NCBI GenBank assembly: GCA_963822945.1
Contig: CAWGJO010000027.1
Coordinates: forward strand, 160,001 to 224,000
From: an uncultured Gemmatimonadaceae bacterium
GTDB taxonomy: Bacteria; Gemmatimonadota; Gemmatimonadetes; Gemmatimonadales; Gemmatimonadaceae
Direction: 5' to 3'
Length of the DNA: 64,000 nucleotides
Position 1 is the first letter of the stretch; each line of letters starts with the position of its first letter. Below, in pieces: positions 18,735 through 28,146 of the stretch. The notes beneath the pieces were generated by a model. That model did no database searches, had not been told where the DNA came from, and saw only the letters and a list, made by a program, of their open reading frames with translations. The position numbers and the translations under genes are program-made.

Positions 18735-19529
18735 TCAGCGGCCTCGGGCGCCGGCCAGCGCGCGGAATGCGTGGGTGATCATGGCGTCGTACTCGCCGCG
18801 CCATCCGTGCAGCCAGCCGGCGATGAACGGCAGCGCGGCGCCGAGCGCGAACACGCCGACGGCGATCTGCAACGGGAACGAGATCGCGAGCAGGTTCATC
18901 TGGGGCGCCACGCGCCCGAGCACCGACAGCGCCGCGTTCACGACCATCACGGCGGCGATCACCGGCGACGCGAAGCGCATGCCGAGCACGAACAGACGCG
19001 TACCCAGGCCGACGAGCGCCGACAGGCCGGCGTCGAGGTGCATCACGGACCCCACCGGCAGCCGATCGAGACTCGTGGCCAGTGCCTGCAGCATGACCAG
19101 GTGCAGGTTGAGCGACAGCAGCAGCGCAATCGTGAACAGACTCGCGAACTCGCTGAGCGCCGAACTCTGGCCCTGGCCGAGCGGATCGACGAGCGCGGCG
19201 CCCGAGAGGCCGATCTGAATGCCGAGAATCTCGCCCGCGGCCTCGGCGGCCCCCACGATGAGTGCGGCGCCGGTGCCTATGACGATCCCGACCACCGCCT
19301 CGCCGGCCACCGCGGCCGGCGTGAGCAACGGCATGCCCACGGCGCTGGTCAGCGCCACCGGCACCAGCAACACCGAGATGAGCACCACGAGCAGCGTACG
19401 TACCGGAACCGGGACCGTGCGCGCGCTGAACACGGGGGCCGTGAGCACCACCCCACCCACGCGCGTCGACACGAGCACCAGCATCGTCGCCGCGCCGGGC
19501 GCGAACGGATCGAAGGCGGCGACGATCAC
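18735..19529 (-). CDS. fliR: Export protein FliR
   Basis: APVFS..VP, AEAAGEILGIQIGLS, RVAPQMNLLAISFPL. Confidence 0.92.
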   Translation of the reverse strand: MIVAAFDPFAPGAATMLVLVSTRVGGVVLTAPVFSARTVPVPVRTLLVVLISVLLVPVALTSAVGMPLLTPAAVAGEAVVGIVIGTGAALIVGAAEAAGEILGIQIGLSGAALVDPLGQGQSSALSEFASLFTIALLLSLNLHLVMLQALATSLDRLPVGSVMHLDAGLSALVGLGTRLFVLGMRFASPVIAAVMVVNAALSVLGRVAPQMNLLAISFPLQIAVGVFALGAALPFIAGWLHGWRGEYDAMITHAFRALAGARGR

Positions 19530-19795
19530 GACACGAGCCCCGGAATGCCGCGGAACAGTTCCGTGGCATAGCGCACCACCAGTTCGAGCATCCACGGCAG
19601 CGCAATGAGGAACACCACCGCCACGGCCACGAGTTTGGGCACGAAGGAGATCGTCTGCTCCTGTACCTGGGTGAGCGCCTGCACGATGCTCACCAGCAGG
19701 CCCACCACGAGCGCCGTGAGCAGCATCGGCGCCGAGAGCAGCACCGCGGTGAGGATCGCGTGGCGGGCGAGGTCGACGACGAGGGCGTAGGGCAT
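19526..19795 (-). CDS. fliQ: Export protein FliQ
   Basis: GLLVSIVQALTQVQEQTISFVPKL. Confidence 0.95.
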   Translation of the reverse strand: MPYALVVDLARHAILTAVLLSAPMLLTALVVGLLVSIVQALTQVQEQTISFVPKLVAVAVVFLIALPWMLELVVRYATELFRGIPGLVS

Positions 19796-19802
19796 CGCGC
19801 GC

Positions 19803-21008
19803 TCAGCGGAAGCTGTGGACGAGGCCCTGAATGACCAGCGACCACCCGTCGACCAGCACGAACAACAGCAGCTTGAAGGGCAGCGAGATCATCACCGGCG
19901 GGAGCATCATCATCCCCATGCTCATCAGCACCGCCGACACGACGATGTCGATCACGATGAACGGCAGGAACAGCGCGAAGCCGATCTGGAATGCCGTGCG
20001 CAGCTCGCTGGTCACGAACGCCGACATCACGGTGACCGTGGGGATGTCGTCCACCGTCTTGGGCGGCGCTTCACGGCTCATCTCGACGAACGCCTGCAGA
20101 TCGGACTGCCGCGTCTGACGCAGCATGAACTGGCGGAACGGCGTGATCGCCGTCGTCATCATGGTCGCCTGGTCCATCCGGCCGTCGAGCCACGGCGTGA
20201 GCGCCGTGCGATTCACCTCGGTCAGCGTGGGCGCCATCACGACGCCCGTGAGCAACAGCGCCAGCGCCGTCACCAGATGCGCCGGCGGAGCAGCCTGGGC
20301 GCCGATGGCCTGCCGCAGGAAGTTCAGCACCACGAGAATGCGCGTGAAGCTCGTCATCAGCAGCAGCAGCGTGGGCAGCAGTGTCAGCAGGCCCATGAGG
20401 ACGATCACGCCCACGGTACCGCTCAGGTGCAGCCCGTCGGCGGCGCCGGAGGCGCCGTTGTTGAGCCTGAGGTCGATCTGCGGCATCGCATGGGCCAACG
20501 CTTCCACGGTGGACGGGGCGAGCGCCGGGGCCTGGGCCGGGGCCGTGGTGGGCCCAACGGCAGCGGGGTGCGACGCCCCCGACGGGGGAGGCGGCGCGGC
20601 CTGCGCGCGCACGGCGGCCGGCCACAGCAACGCAGCAGCCACCACCGTCATCGCGGCGCGGGTCCCCATCCGGCGCGCGCGGATGAGCCCCGCCGCCAGC
20701 AGCCGACGGAAGTCTGGCGCGGCATCCGGCGTGCCCGCGGCGCGATCCGCCACCTCGGCGGCCTCGAGTTCCCGCAGCACGTGCACCCCACCCTCCCCGA
20801 GCGAGACGGCAACGTGGCGTGCGCCGATGCGCACCACCGCGATGCCCTGCCGCGGGCCGAGCCCGATGCGCTGCACCACCTGCAGACGCACCGCACCGGT
20901 GCCCGAAGGCGTCACGACGTACCGCCGCAGCAGGCGCAGTGCCACCGCCGCCAGCGCGAGCACGAAGACCAGGGTCAGCCCGATGCCGACCGCGCTGCTG
21001 AAGCTCAC
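19803..21008 (-). CDS. fliP: Fused FliO-FliP export protein (401 aa)
   Basis: N-terminal TM plus FliO domain (LQVVQRIGLGPRQGIAVVRIG), then FliP (MTSFTRI..., AFVTSELRTAFQIGF, PPVMISLPFKLLLFVLVDGW) with no intervening stop. Confidence 0.85.
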   Translation of the reverse strand: MSFSSAVGIGLTLVFVLALAAVALRLLRRYVVTPSGTGAVRLQVVQRIGLGPRQGIAVVRIGARHVAVSLGEGGVHVLRELEAAEVADRAAGTPDAAPDFRRLLAAGLIRARRMGTRAAMTVVAAALLWPAAVRAQAAPPPPSGASHPAAVGPTTAPAQAPALAPSTVEALAHAMPQIDLRLNNGASGAADGLHLSGTVGVIVLMGLLTLLPTLLLLMTSFTRILVVLNFLRQAIGAQAAPPAHLVTALALLLTGVVMAPTLTEVNRTALTPWLDGRMDQATMMTTAITPFRQFMLRQTRQSDLQAFVEMSREAPPKTVDDIPTVTVMSAFVTSELRTAFQIGFALFLPFIVIDIVVSAVLMSMGMMMLPPVMISLPFKLLLFVLVDGWSLVIQGLVHSFR

Positions 21009-21346
21009 GATGCGGCGCCCGTGGAGGGTGAGGAGACGAGAATGCGCGTCACGCGAACGCCGAAGTTCTCGCCGAGCACCACCACCTCTCCCTCGGCGAA
21101 TCGCCGGTCCCCGACGTACACATCCACCGGCTCGCCGGCCAGCCGTTCGAGCTGCACCACGGAGCCGCGGCCCAGGCGCAGGATTTCCTGAACGGTCATC
21201 GAGGTGCGCCCGAGTTCGATCACCACGGGCAGCGTGAGGTCCATGAGGGCCGAGAGCGGGAGCTGCCCCTCGGTAGTCGGTTGGCTCGCGAGGTCGCTGA
21301 GCTCGGTCGGCGTTGCGGACATGGCGTCGGTCATTGAAGCACTCAT
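21005..21346 (-). CDS. fliN: C-ring protein FliN
   Basis: LMDLTLPVVIELGRT...GSVVQLERLAGEPVDV...GEVVVLGENFGVRVT. Confidence 0.95.
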   Translation of the reverse strand: MSASMTDAMSATPTELSDLASQPTTEGQLPLSALMDLTLPVVIELGRTSMTVQEILRLGRGSVVQLERLAGEPVDVYVGDRRFAEGEVVVLGENFGVRVTRILVSSPSTGAAS

Positions 21347-22389
21347 GAGATGCGGGGAGTCGGGGCCGCGCCGTTTCTGGCGGCATGGTCACTGGGGTCG
21401 GTGGCGTCGATGGGGCCGGCGATCTGGACGCCGATGCGTCCGTTCACGCGGCCGGCGGTGCCGCTGAACCGGGGAGTGGCGCCGACGTACACCTCGAGCG
21501 GCGCGTTGCGCGCGATACCCGTAGGCATCACCCGTCCGACGGTGAGCGACTGCAGCTCGCGCATCGACACGCGGAATTCGGGCAGCCGCGCCGCCACCGC
21601 CACGCGTGATGCGCGGAGCGACAACTCCGACAGTTCGCGGGTGGCCGCCTGCTCGTCCGGACTGCCGGTCATCACGATGCGGCGCGTGTTCGTCGTCGAG
21701 AAGAACTTCTCGACCGCCATGTATGGAAGGCAGATCACGAAGAGACAGGTGTGATCGGCTGCCGTGACTTCGAAGTTGGCCACCACCACCGGGTCTTCGT
21801 GGTTCGCGGCGCGGAGGATTTCGGGAATCGACTCGAAGCCGCTGAGCTCGAGTTCCAACTCCACGTGGTCGCGCCACACCTCGGCGACGTGATGCACGGT
21901 CCGCTCGGCGAGCGTCCGCACGGCCATTCGTTCGATCGGCGTCATCGGCCGCTGCGGAATGGTCGGCGTGCCGCTCCCGCCGAACAACCGATCGACGAGG
22001 AAGAACGCGAATTCCGATCCGATGTCGATGACGCCCTGCAGCCCGCCGACCGGCAGGATGTCGAAGGTGTACGCCGCGCATGGTGTGGGCAGCGAGAGCA
22101 CGAACTCGCCGAAGCTGTACTGCTCGACGCTCTGCAGCCGCAGGTCGACCTGTCCGCGCACCCGGCCCAGGAGCCACCCTTCGAGCGATTTCGCCAGGCG
22201 TTCGTACATCGCTTCGAGCGTCCGCAGCTTCTCCTTCGAGACGCGGTAGGGACGCCGGAAGTCGTACAGTTGCGCGTCCAACCCGGCCGGCGGCGGCGCG
22301 ACGGCGGCCGCGGCCGGCGCCGACCCCTGCCGGAACAGGGAGTCGATCTGATCCTGCGTGAGCGCTTCCTTGGTGGCGCGGTCGCTCAT
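21343..22389 (-). CDS. fliM: C-ring protein FliM
   Basis: LTQDQIDSLF (CheY-binding), YDFRRPYRVSKE, DRLFGGSG. Confidence 0.93.
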   Translation of the reverse strand: MSDRATKEALTQDQIDSLFRQGSAPAAAAVAPPPAGLDAQLYDFRRPYRVSKEKLRTLEAMYERLAKSLEGWLLGRVRGQVDLRLQSVEQYSFGEFVLSLPTPCAAYTFDILPVGGLQGVIDIGSEFAFFLVDRLFGGSGTPTIPQRPMTPIERMAVRTLAERTVHHVAEVWRDHVELELELSGFESIPEILRAANHEDPVVVANFEVTAADHTCLFVICLPYMAVEKFFSTTNTRRIVMTGSPDEQAATRELSELSLRASRVAVAARLPEFRVSMRELQSLTVGRVMPTGIARNAPLEVYVGATPRFSGTAGRVNGRIGVQIAGPIDATDPSDHAARNGAAPTPRIS

Positions 22390-22889
22390 TGGATCACGAA
22401 CTGCGGAAAGTAGATCTGCCGGATGGCGCCGGGAGCGAACAACTTGCTCAACCGGTCCTTGAGTTCGCGGCGCAGCGCCACACGCTGGCCAACGTCCGCC
22501 AGCTGGTCCACGGTCTTGCTCCCCAGGAGCTGCAGCGCCTGATCGCGAACCTCGGCGTCGCGGTCGTTCATCTGTTGGTTCACCGCGGCATCGCGCACTT
22601 CGATGGCCACCGTCACCATGAGAAAGCGCGTGCCGCCGGTGCCGGCCGGATTGAGCACCAGGTTGTCGATCTGATGCATCACCGTCGAACCAGCGTCGGC
22701 CTTTGCCGAGTCGGATGCCTGGGCGGCCGCTGCGGCCTGGAGCCGCTTCACCACGCGCGGTCCAACGAGCCCCGTTCCCAGGCCACCGCCCACCAGCAGC
22801 GCGACTGCGCCAACGACGATCGTGAGCACTTTGGACGGGCGTTGTGGTGCCGCGACTTCTTCCGGGGACGCAGGTGCTTCTTCAGCCAT
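22386..22889 (-). CDS. fliL: Basal body-associated FliL
   Basis: ATG 22889; one TM segment; LVLNPAGTGGTRFL...IYFPQFVIQ. Confidence 0.9.
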   Translation of the reverse strand: MAEEAPASPEEVAAPQRPSKVLTIVVGAVALLVGGGLGTGLVGPRVVKRLQAAAAAQASDSAKADAGSTVMHQIDNLVLNPAGTGGTRFLMVTVAIEVRDAAVNQQMNDRDAEVRDQALQLLGSKTVDQLADVGQRVALRRELKDRLSKLFAPGAIRQIYFPQFVIQ

Positions 22890-22952
22890 GTTTCCGTACC
22901 GAGGGGGTTCTGTGCAGCCATTGTCGCGAAGCGTCTCGCGCCCCCCACTAAG

Positions 22953-22967
22953 GCACACCGCGTACCA
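22953..22967 (-). promoter_or_regulatory. sigma54 (-24/-12) promoter for the fliL operon
   Basis: Minus strand TGGTACGCGGTGTGC (GG-N10-GC). Confidence 0.65.
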
Positions 22968-23083
22968 CGTGCGCCCGCCGATGCCACGCCGCTGGCACGG
23001 ATCGAACCCGTTGTCAAACAACGAGTTGGCGGAACGCCCCCCCGACCCCCCACGCCCCGGCACCATGCGCACCTTCTTCCCGT

Positions 23084-23121
23084 CGGCAACAACTTCCCAG
23101 CGCACTCGGCGCACTCTGCCG
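23084..23121. promoter_or_regulatory. Candidate enhancer (UAS) sites for the sigma54 activator
   Basis: CGGCAACAACTTCCC and CGGC-GCACTCT-GCCG, about 120-155 bp upstream of the -24 box. Confidence 0.45.
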
Positions 23122-23159
23122 GTCTCCCATCCCCCAACCGCTCCACCCGGAAGCAGAGC

Positions 23160-23183
23160 GGGGCCGGACGAGTGTCCGGCCCC
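23160..23183 (-). terminator. GC-rich hairpin downstream of flgE
   Basis: GGGGCCGGAC-gagt-GTCCGGCCCC, 10-bp stem with a weak U tract. Confidence 0.5.
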
Positions 23184-23216
23184 GGTGCGGAGTGAATCTT
23201 TCGGAACGCCGTGGAT

Positions 23217-24514
23217 TTACTGTTTCAGATTCACGACCTCCTGGAGCATCTGATCACTCGTCGTGATCACGCGGCTGTTGGCCTGGAAGCCACGCTCGGC
23301 CACGATCATGTTGGTGAACTCGTTGGCCAGATCCACGTTCGACATCTCGAGTGCGCCGCTGGTGATGAACGACTGGCTGCCCTGAAGGGGGAGGCCCAGC
23401 ACCGCGCTGCCCGAGTTGCCCGTGGTGGTATACATGTTGTCGCCCGACCGCATCAGGCCGCTCGGGTTGTTGAAGTCGGCCAGCACGATCTGCCCCAGCG
23501 GCTGGGTGACGCCGTTGGTGAACGACCCGGTGATCAGTCCCGTGCGGTCGATGGAGAAGCTCTGGAGCGTGCCGGCCGTGAAGCCGTCCTGGTTGCTCAT
23601 CACGGCGGTGGTGCTGCCCGAGAAGCTCGACAGCCCGTTCACCGTTCCACTCCCCGCATCGAGCGTGATCGACATCGGCTGCGCCCCCGGCGGGGTGAAC
23701 GTAATGGCCGGAATGGACGACGCGGCGGTGTCGAGCGTGCCGTCGTTCTTGAACACGAACTTGCCCGGTCCGAAGTTGGCCGGCGCGGTGTTGTCGTAGT
23801 TCAGGTTCGTCGGATCCACCTGCCAGTCCCACTCGTCGGGCGCGGTCTTCCACATCGTGACCTTGAGGTCGTGTTTGTTGCCCAGGGTGTCGTAGGTGGT
23901 GATGGTCGTGTCGAGGAACGCGCCGGCGTTGGCCGGATTGGCGAGGTCGGCGGCGTTGTTGACGCTGCCGGTGAAGATCGGCGCGCCCGCATCGATGTTG
24001 CCCGACAGCGTGACTTTGGTGGTCGCCGAGGCCGACGTCTTCTGGCCGAACGGCAGCTTGATGTCCTGGATCTGATCCGTCATCTGGCCGTTGACCGCCA
24101 GCTTGCCCTGGACCACGAAGCCGTTGGTCGGTGACACCAGCCGGCCGTCGGCATCGAGCTGGAAGTTGCCCGACCGCGTATAGAACTGCTGGTTGCCCTT
24201 GGCGACGACGAAGAACGCGTTGCCCTGGATGGCCATGTCGGTGTTGACGCCGGTGGTCTCGATGTTGCCCTGGCTGAACAGCGTGTCGATGCTCCCGATG
24301 GCCGAGCCGAGGCCGATCTGGATGGGGTTGGTGCCGCCCGATTCCCCGGGGGGCGGCTGGCCCCCTGGAGCAGCTGCGCGAACGCTTCCTTGAACGTCAC
24401 GCGGCCGGACTTGAACGCCACCGTGTTCACGTTGGCGATGTTGTTGCCGATCACGTCCATTCGGGTCTGGTTGTCCTGCAGACCGGAGACGGCGGCGAAG
24501 AGGGAACGCATCAT
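23217..24514 (-). CDS. flgE: Hook protein FlgE (frameshift near 24340)
   Basis: [12 protein letters not shown]...[17 protein letters not shown] then [11 protein letters not shown]..., ending [32 protein letters not shown]. Confidence 0.93.
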
Positions 24515-24543
24515 GGGAAGAACTCTCCTGAGGAGGAAGGAAA

Positions 24544-25221
24544 TCAGCTGCCGCTGATTGCGGTCACGGAGCCGAAGGGGATGGTGAGCGGGCCGGCGCC
24601 GAGGACTGGGCCATTGGCGGTCGCCTGCAGGGAATCGATCTTCGCGACGGTGTACGTCGTCACCGGCACGCTGGCGCCGGTGGAGTCGGTGACCTCCACC
24701 TGGTAGGTGTAGGCCCCGCTCGTCAGCCCGGCGGCCGTCGCGCCGAGGGTGATCTTCTGATGGCCGCCGTTGAGCGAACCGAGGTGCTCGGTGTCCACCT
24801 CGGCGCCGGAGGCGTCGAAGATGTGAACGGTCGCATCGCCGCCGGTGTTGCCGACATCGAAGGTGATCGTAGGCGCGGTACCGTTGGTAACTGCTACCTG
24901 ATTGCCGGTGGCCGTCACGGTACGCCCGATGGTCGTGGCGGCGGTGTTCATCGTCACCGCCTGTTCGATGCCCTGCGACGCCGTGTTCTGCGCCGACAGC
25001 GCCGAGTTGATGTCGACCAGTTGATTGAGACTCGAGAACTGGGCGAGCTGCGCCGCCAGGTCCTTTCCGTCCATGGGATTGGTCGGATCCTGATTCTTCA
25101 TCTGGGCAACGAGCAGCTTGAGAAAGTCGTCCTGACCCATCGACGTGTTCATCGACGTGGACGCGGCTGCCGATTGCGTCGCGCCCGCCGAGGAAGACGT
25201 GGGCTGGATGGGAGCCGTCAT
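24544..25221 (-). CDS. flgD: Hook capping protein FlgD
   Basis: [24 protein letters not shown]...AQLAQFSSL. Confidence 0.95.
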   Translation of the reverse strand: MTAPIQPTSSSAGATQSAAASTSMNTSMGQDDFLKLLVAQMKNQDPTNPMDGKDLAAQLAQFSSLNQLVDINSALSAQNTASQGIEQAVTMNTAATTIGRTVTATGNQVAVTNGTAPTITFDVGNTGGDATVHIFDASGAEVDTEHLGSLNGGHQKITLGATAAGLTSGAYTYQVEVTDSTGASVPVTTYTVAKIDSLQATANGPVLGAGPLTIPFGSVTAISGS

Positions 25222-27086
25222 GATGCGGATTCTCCGTGTGGTTTGGGCTGGGGTGATCGCCGGCCGGGGTTTCCCCACTGGCGGCGGGGCTGGCCGGCGT
25301 TCGATCCGCCCGACCCGCGTGAACTGCCTCGCGGAGGGTCGCCGCCTCCGCCCGGATTGCCGTTGGAAGTCGTGGCCGGCGCGGCGTCGGGAATTCCCCC
25401 GGCCCGTGCCGTCGCGTCGTCCGTACGCGACGCCGCCGATGCGTCGTGCACGCGAAGCGTCCCGACGTCGAGTCCGTGCTCCTGGAGCGTCGCGCGCAGC
25501 TGGCCCATGTCACTGGTCAGACGCTGCGAGAGAGTGCGATCCTGTGTGCCGACGGCCATCTGCACCGTGGCACCGCGCATGTTGACCCGAATGCGGTCGG
25601 TGGCGCCGTTCGCGCCATCGAGGCGCAATACGATCTGCGAGACCGGCTGCGCCATGACGGCATCGTGCGCGGCGTCGATGCGGGCAATCTGCGCCCCGAT
25701 CGACGTGCGCGGGGCCGGCGCCTCGATCGGCGCCGGCGCCAGGATGCCGTGGTTCATGTCGTGCGCGGGCGCGGCAGCGCGGTCGGGGCCGGCAACCACC
25801 ACCGGTGATTGACTGGCCGTGACCGTGGGCGACTGGTCGCGATGCGGCGCCCGGTCGCCCTGCGCGCTGCCGTCCGCGTTCGTCCCGCCCTGATCGTGTG
25901 CCGAGTTTGCAGGCGCGGCGCTCGATGCGGCCGCGTTCGATGGCGACGGCGCCTGCAGTCGGTGCCCCGTCACCGGCGCGGCCGGCGCGCCCTCCGCTCC
26001 GGCTACCGCCACCCGTGCCACTGCCGCCACGCGGGCAACCGACGCGACGGAGGCGACGGTGGCCACGCGCGCCACGCGTGCTGGCTGTGCAACGGCTGCG
26101 GGTGGCACAGCAGGTGCGGCGGGTGCCGCGCTCGACGGCGCTGCGGCGGGCGCGGGTGCCAGGTCGGAGGCTGGAGCGGCAGTCGCACGCCCCGCGATCG
26201 GGCGCGGGACGTCCGAACCCTCCGGTGTCGACTCCACATGCCCCGGATCCTGCGGGCCGAGCGTCCGCAGTCCCAACTGCGCCGCAACCTGCGCCAACCG
26301 TTGATTGGCGAGCGCCGGATCGGGTGCGTTCGTGATCGCCAGATCGGCGGCGAGCCCCTGCGAATGCAGCGAATGGTCGGTCCAGGTGACGACCGGGCCC
26401 GGCGTGGTGCGCCCCTGCGCGAACAGCTGGTCCTGCCGCGCCTGCGTACGGTATGTCTCGCGCACGTCCACGTCGTATCCGTAGTCGTGGCTCAGACGTG
26501 CGATGACCGCCGTGAGTCTGTCGCGAAACGCGGGCTGCAGCGCCGCCATGGATCGGATCACCGCACCGGCGGCGCCGGTGGGCGTGACGGGTGCCGCGGT
26601 CGTTGCGGGTGCTGCGGGTGCTGCGGGCGGCGCCAACGCCGGCGTCGGCAGCGGCGCGTCGGCGGACGGATCGAGGGCCGCGCCCTGCCCGCCGAGCAGC
26701 GTGCCGAGCAGTGTGGCTGGCTGCGGACTCGCCGCCGGCAACTGCACCGATTCGACGACGACATCGTCCAGCGAGAGATTCCGGAGCGGCGCGGCGTCGG
26801 CGAGGGACGCGAGCGACACGTAGCCAGCGGCGGGCGGCGCGTAGCCGGTTGGCGGCGTGCCGGTACGGCCGCCGGCCGGCGGAGCGAGGGTCGCCGGCGC
26901 GGGCGCCGGGAACGCCACCGGCAGAAAGCTCGCCAGCGCCACGGCGAAGATCGGCACGGGAGTTGTGTCCTTGCCGTCCGCTTCCGGCTTGCCGGGGTCG
27001 GACGGATGGCTGCCGGCGAGTGCCGCGGCGGGCTCGAAGCCGGACGCGAGCGCGGGGGCCGCGACCACGATGGCGGGAGGCATCAT
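25218..27086 (-). CDS. fliK: Hook-length control protein FliK fused to an internal M15-family (L-Ala-D-Glu/D-Ala-D-Ala type) zinc peptidase domain
   Basis: Sits directly upstream of flgD; Pro/Ala-rich low complexity; C-terminal IVLRLD...[15 protein letters not shown]...[10 protein letters not shown] (FliK-C-like); internal [25 protein letters not shown]...[10 protein letters not shown]...DPGHVE. Confidence 0.8.
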   Translation of the reverse strand: MMPPAIVVAAPALASGFEPAAALAGSHPSDPGKPEADGKDTTPVPIFAVALASFLPVAFPAPAPATLAPPAGGRTGTPPTGYAPPAAGYVSLASLADAAPLRNLSLDDVVVESVQLPAASPQPATLLGTLLGGQGAALDPSADAPLPTPALAPPAAPAAPATTAAPVTPTGAAGAVIRSMAALQPAFRDRLTAVIARLSHDYGYDVDVRETYRTQARQDQLFAQGRTTPGPVVTWTDHSLHSQGLAADLAITNAPDPALANQRLAQVAAQLGLRTLGPQDPGHVESTPEGSDVPRPIAGRATAAPASDLAPAPAAAPSSAAPAAPAVPPAAVAQPARVARVATVASVASVARVAAVARVAVAGAEGAPAAPVTGHRLQAPSPSNAAASSAAPANSAHDQGGTNADGSAQGDRAPHRDQSPTVTASQSPVVVAGPDRAAAPAHDMNHGILAPAPIEAPAPRTSIGAQIARIDAAHDAVMAQPVSQIVLRLDGANGATDRIRVNMRGATVQMAVGTQDRTLSQRLTSDMGQLRATLQEHGLDVGTLRVHDASAASRTDDATARAGGIPDAAPATTSNGNPGGGGDPPRGSSRGSGGSNAGQPRRQWGNPGRRSPQPKPHGESAS

Positions 27087-27682
27087 GGCAGCGGGGGGCG
27101 GAGCGTGAGTTGGCTCATCGCCGCCACGCGATCGGGCGGAAAGTTCGAGAGGATGTCGGCGGCGTGGCGGTTGTCCATTGCCGAGATCACCATCTGCGCG
27201 TCGGCGTTGCTCATCTGGACCAGCACTTTGGCCGCGTCGCGCGCCGGCATGGCCGCAAAGAGCCGTGCCAGGCGGCCCACCCGCGCCGTGTCCACGCGCT
27301 TCACCGTGTCGCGCGGCATCGCCGCCGTGACGATGCCGGCCTTCATGACGTGCCGCAGGTCGACCGGCGGCGTCGAGTCATGGTGTACGGCGAGCGCGGC
27401 GGGATGCCGTTGCGCGGGCTGCGTATCGGCGACCGGTGCCGCGACGGGCTTCGTCGCAACGGGGCTGGTCGCGTCGTGGGTCGTGGAATCGACGGTGGCC
27501 GAATCGGCCGCCGTCGCCACATGCGACCCGGAGTCGTTCGCGGCTCCCTTCGCGGCCGCCGGTGCCGCTGTCGAGTCGGCCCGCGGATGAGGCGCGTGCC
27601 GGCCCAGGGCGACGGCAACACCCGTGCTCCCGCCGAGGCCCACCACGAGGCCGAGCACGGCCATCACGATCAGGCGCTTCAT
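27083..27682 (-). CDS. MotE/FlbB-like protein (MgtE_N-like C-terminal domain)
   Basis: N-terminal TM; RLARLFAAMPARDAAKVLVQM...ISAMDNRHAADILSNF; located between fliJ and fliK. Confidence 0.75.
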   Translation of the reverse strand: MKRLIVMAVLGLVVGLGGSTGVAVALGRHAPHPRADSTAAPAAAKGAANDSGSHVATAADSATVDSTTHDATSPVATKPVAAPVADTQPAQRHPAALAVHHDSTPPVDLRHVMKAGIVTAAMPRDTVKRVDTARVGRLARLFAAMPARDAAKVLVQMSNADAQMVISAMDNRHAADILSNFPPDRVAAMSQLTLRPPLP

Positions 27683-28146
27683 CAGCGGTTCCCTCCGGCT
27701 GCCGACCGCGGGTGGCCCTGGTTGAAGCGCGCCAGCGCCACGGCGTCCATCGCGACCCGGTCGGCCGCGGCGGCTTCGAGGCGCACCACTTCGAGGTGGC
27801 GTTCGTGCAATCGATCGAGCGCGCACCGGTCGCGCGATGCTTCGTCGTGCAGTTCGCGCGCGCGCGCGGCGATTTCGTGTGCCGCGGCCACCGCCTCCTT
27901 GGCCGCGTCGAGGCGCGCATCGATGGACGTGAGGACCGAGGAGAGCGCGTGCAGCTCGCCGATCGTGGCACCGGCTCGCGCGGCGGCGGCGATCTGCGTC
28001 TCGCCGGTAACGCGGGCGTCGCACACGGCCTCATGGGCGGCGCTCGCCCGGTCCACGTCGCGACGGGCCTTGACGAGTTCGGCGGCCACGCGTTCTTCGC
28101 GTTCGATGCGCAGATCGTGGACGCGCTTCAGGGAGAACTTCTTCAC
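27682..28146 (-). CDS. fliJ: Export chaperone FliJ
   Basis: MKKFSLKRVHDLRIEREE, coiled coil, ALDRLHER...MDAVALARF. Confidence 0.8.
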   Translation of the reverse strand: MKKFSLKRVHDLRIEREERVAAELVKARRDVDRASAAHEAVCDARVTGETQIAAAARAGATIGELHALSSVLTSIDARLDAAKEAVAAAHEIAARARELHDEASRDRCALDRLHERHLEVVRLEAAAADRVAMDAVALARFNQGHPRSAAGGNR

